A stretch of 29,214 bases of DNA from a virus (lineage: Duplodnaviria > Heunggongvirae > Uroviricota > Caudoviricetes). The translations under genes were made by a program, and so were the position numbers. The notes beneath the pieces are model-generated. The model ran no database searches. It saw only the letters and a program-made list of their open reading frames with translations, and was not told the DNA's origin. The DNA is taken from the IMG/VR virus record IMGVR_UViG_3300017705_000602. One strand, given 5' to 3'. The stretch's first letter is position 1, and each line of letters begins with the position of its first letter. Shown here in pieces: positions 27,445-29,214 of the stretch.

Positions 27445-27638
27445 TATTTATTTCCTTGCGAGTATTTTAAATCTCGTTTTTTATTGTCTAGTTCGTTGCG
27501 TAACTGCCTGTTTTCTTTTTCTAATTCGTCAATGCGCTCGTTTAGTTGCCTTTCTTTTTCAGTACGCACTGCAACATGATTGCGTCCTTGTAAACGGTTT
27601 ATTTCGTTGACCCAGTCTAGGTGTGTTCTTTGTTTCAT
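27444..27638 (-). CDS. Hypothetical coiled-coil protein (64 aa)
   Basis: ATGA overlap with the gp14-like stop and TAATG overlap with the endonuclease start. Heptad-like C-terminal half. Confidence 0.65.
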   Translation of the reverse strand: MKQRTHLDWVNEINRLQGRNHVAVRTEKERQLNERIDELEKENRQLRNELDNKKRDLKYSQGNK

Positions 27639-28816
27639 GTGTTATTATCCCCTTGCCCAACGTTACCGATTTTTCTAGCAATAAAGCTGTCTTCTTCTTG
27701 TTGTTGTTCAACTTCTTGTTTTTTGTCTGCATCTAAATCTGTGCGAGACTCTGCAACTGAGCTGGTCGATGTTTTCTCTGGAACAGTTACCCCATCGTCG
27801 AACGAAGTTATTTGGTTATTGTTAATGTATGTATCTAGTCGTTTGTTGTACGCTGTCCATATTTTTCTGATATCGTCTTCGATGCGTTTAAATGTGTTGC
27901 CTTGTTTCTGAAACAGTCTGTCCGGACTGTAGTCAATTCTTAGAAAGTATTCACCGTCTTGCATATCCGATGGAAAAGTCTCACCGACACCACGTAACAA
28001 ATTGCCATTTGGTGGCTGACCGTCACCCCCGAACCAGTAATGCAACTGTGGATAACCGTTTTCGTCAGTGACTACATACAAGTGCTGTGCATTAAAATAC
28101 TTAGGATCAAAGTACACATTCTTTTCGGCTTCGTCGACTACTCCGTCTGTAATACCAAGGTACTTAACATATTTGTCAAGTGCGTTTCTTGTTTCGGGGT
28201 CACCGTGTTCTAACCAGTCTTCAATTGAATCTGGAACAATGCCTGTGCCTTGACCTTCGTTGCCAATTGACGCTTTAGTAGCTGCCGAATCGATAATATC
28301 CTGGAACTCTGGTGATGCATCTAGTTTCTTAGCACGCACTTTCCAAAAGTGAGGATACCAAGTCATGCTATGCCCTGATGCAGAATACATTGCATCTTGT
28401 ACCACATAATACGAATTAACCGGAACGCCATCTAAGCTGATGTCTCGTTGTGCCGGAACTTCAAACACATCGCCTGCCATCATTTTTCGACCAAGCATGT
28501 TGATCATGTCTGTATAATGAAAATCGAATCTTAGTATTTCGCTTGATAAAAATATACCAAACTGAGAAAGATCGTAATCGGTGTCCACTGGCTGAAAGTG
28601 ACCTCTCATTTCGATAACATCTTGACTGTATCGTCTGTCACGATTCTCAAGAAACAGAACATCCTGTATTTCGGTTACGTCTTCGCTGTCGCCACTACCT
28701 AAGTACTTGTGGACTAAAATTCCTGCACCGCCAGTATTAGTAATTTCGCTACTAATCTCGTCGGCGTATTTGTAATCGGTTCCTTTATTAGGATTCCATA
28801 GTGATATTCGTGGCAT
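27635..28816 (-). CDS. gp14: Neck/head-completion protein, T4 gp14-like (393 aa; start reassigned from 28867 to 28816)
   Basis: AGGAG RBS precedes the ATG at 28816 (MPRISLW) and the late motif lies inside the longer ORF's 5' part. Motifs IQDVLFLENRDRRY, DLSQFGIFL and LGRKMMAGDVFEVP. Confidence 0.75.
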   Translation of the reverse strand: MPRISLWNPNKGTDYKYADEISSEITNTGGAGILVHKYLGSGDSEDVTEIQDVLFLENRDRRYSQDVIEMRGHFQPVDTDYDLSQFGIFLSSEILRFDFHYTDMINMLGRKMMAGDVFEVPAQRDISLDGVPVNSYYVVQDAMYSASGHSMTWYPHFWKVRAKKLDASPEFQDIIDSAATKASIGNEGQGTGIVPDSIEDWLEHGDPETRNALDKYVKYLGITDGVVDEAEKNVYFDPKYFNAQHLYVVTDENGYPQLHYWFGGDGQPPNGNLLRGVGETFPSDMQDGEYFLRIDYSPDRLFQKQGNTFKRIEDDIRKIWTAYNKRLDTYINNNQITSFDDGVTVPEKTSTSSVAESRTDLDADKKQEVEQQQEEDSFIARKIGNVGQGDNNT

Positions 28817-28833
28817 TCGAAACTCCTGTTTTG

Positions 28834-28843
28834 TGTATTTATC
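28834..28843 (-). promoter_or_regulatory. Candidate late promoter GATAAATACA for the neck operon
   Basis: The - strand reads GATAAATACACAAAA-CAGGAG-TTTCGA-ATG. Same motif as at 3215 and 10606. Confidence 0.7.
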
Positions 28844-28845
28844 TG

Positions 28846-28874
28846 TTGACAAGCCACTACCTTGCAAGTATAGT
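28846..28874 (+). promoter_or_regulatory. Near-consensus sigma70 promoter TTGACA-N17-TATAGT
   Basis: -35 at 28846-28851 is a perfect match, -10 at 28869-28874 is 5/6, spacing is 17 nt, and ORF 28900 follows. Confidence 0.8.
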
Positions 28875-28899
28875 TGTAGAAAGATTCCAAGGAAACAAT

Positions 28900-29214
28900 A
28901 TGCACGATATTAAACCAGAGCCTCGTTTGATAGAAGAAAACATAGCCGACGCAGTGTACAACTTTTTTGTGTACGGGCTAACACCGGGTTCATATACTTC
29001 GTTTATGTTAGCGTTAAATTTTGATCGTGCATTTCAGTCTGCTCACCCTTTGTTGAAATACCCGAAAGCGCACGACGAAATAAGTCCGCATGAATGCCTG
29101 TCAATGCAGTTTAACGACCTGCCAGAGTTCATGACAGGCGAGAATTCTAAAACATGGCCAGGCTACGTTCACTTAGATAGCAATGCTCGCAAACATATAC
29201 AATCAATGTATAGC
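28900..29214 (+). CDS. Hypothetical protein, 3' truncated (MHDIKPEPRLIEENIADAVYNFFVYGLTPGSYTSFML...; at least 105 aa), absent from the ORF track
   Basis: AAGGA RBS at about 28889-28893, ATG at 28900, and 105 codons without a stop to the window end. Confidence 0.75.
   Translation, partial: MHDIKPEPRLIEENIADAVYNFFVYGLTPGSYTSFMLALNFDRAFQSAHPLLKYPKAHDEISPHECLSMQFNDLPEFMTGENSKTWPGYVHLDSNARKHIQSMYS

Noticed and set aside
28817-28867. 17-aa N-terminal extension of the gp14-like ORF given in the track
   Set aside because: The interval contains the RBS, the late motif and the divergent -35 box, so the ATG at 28816 is better supported.
1-29214. Alternative genetic code (stop-codon reassignment), as seen in some large phages
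   Set aside because: Genes are full length under the standard code, and TAA, TAG (gp21) and TGA (nuclease, gp14) all end genes at sensible boundaries.

Overview
The whole window is virion-morphogenesis DNA from a large T4-related (likely jumbo) myophage. There is no sign of host genes, tRNA, rRNA or CRISPR. The + strand carries a tape-measure-like gene (5' end cut by the window), gp20-like portal, a small conserved ORF, an acidic prohead core protein, gp21-like protease, gp22-like scaffold and gp23-like major capsid protein. These are followed by a three-gene island with its own sigma70-type promoter (hypothetical, PD-(D/E)xK nuclease, dCMP deaminase), two giant repeat-rich fibre genes (1735 and 2442 aa), a double LamG-like protein and a possible fibre chaperone. 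The - strand carries a coupled neck operon: gp14-like, 64-aa ORF, GIY-YIG endonuclease, gp15-like with a C-terminal extension, and a Nudix hydrolase. A divergent ORF starts at the right edge. The most notable observations from the raw sequence are: (1) a recurring GATAAATACA motif upstream of three structural operons, a candidate variant of the T4 late promoter; (2) early/late promoter juxtapositions and a hairpin that could gate fibre translation; (3) a hierarchical 132-nt repeat in fibre 1; (4) a fibre 2 with a putative depolymerase domain between two variable repeat arms; (5) domains hinting that fibres anchor at the neck or head. All family assignments come from motif recognition, not database searches. 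I cannot confirm a truly new system; the findings are leads.
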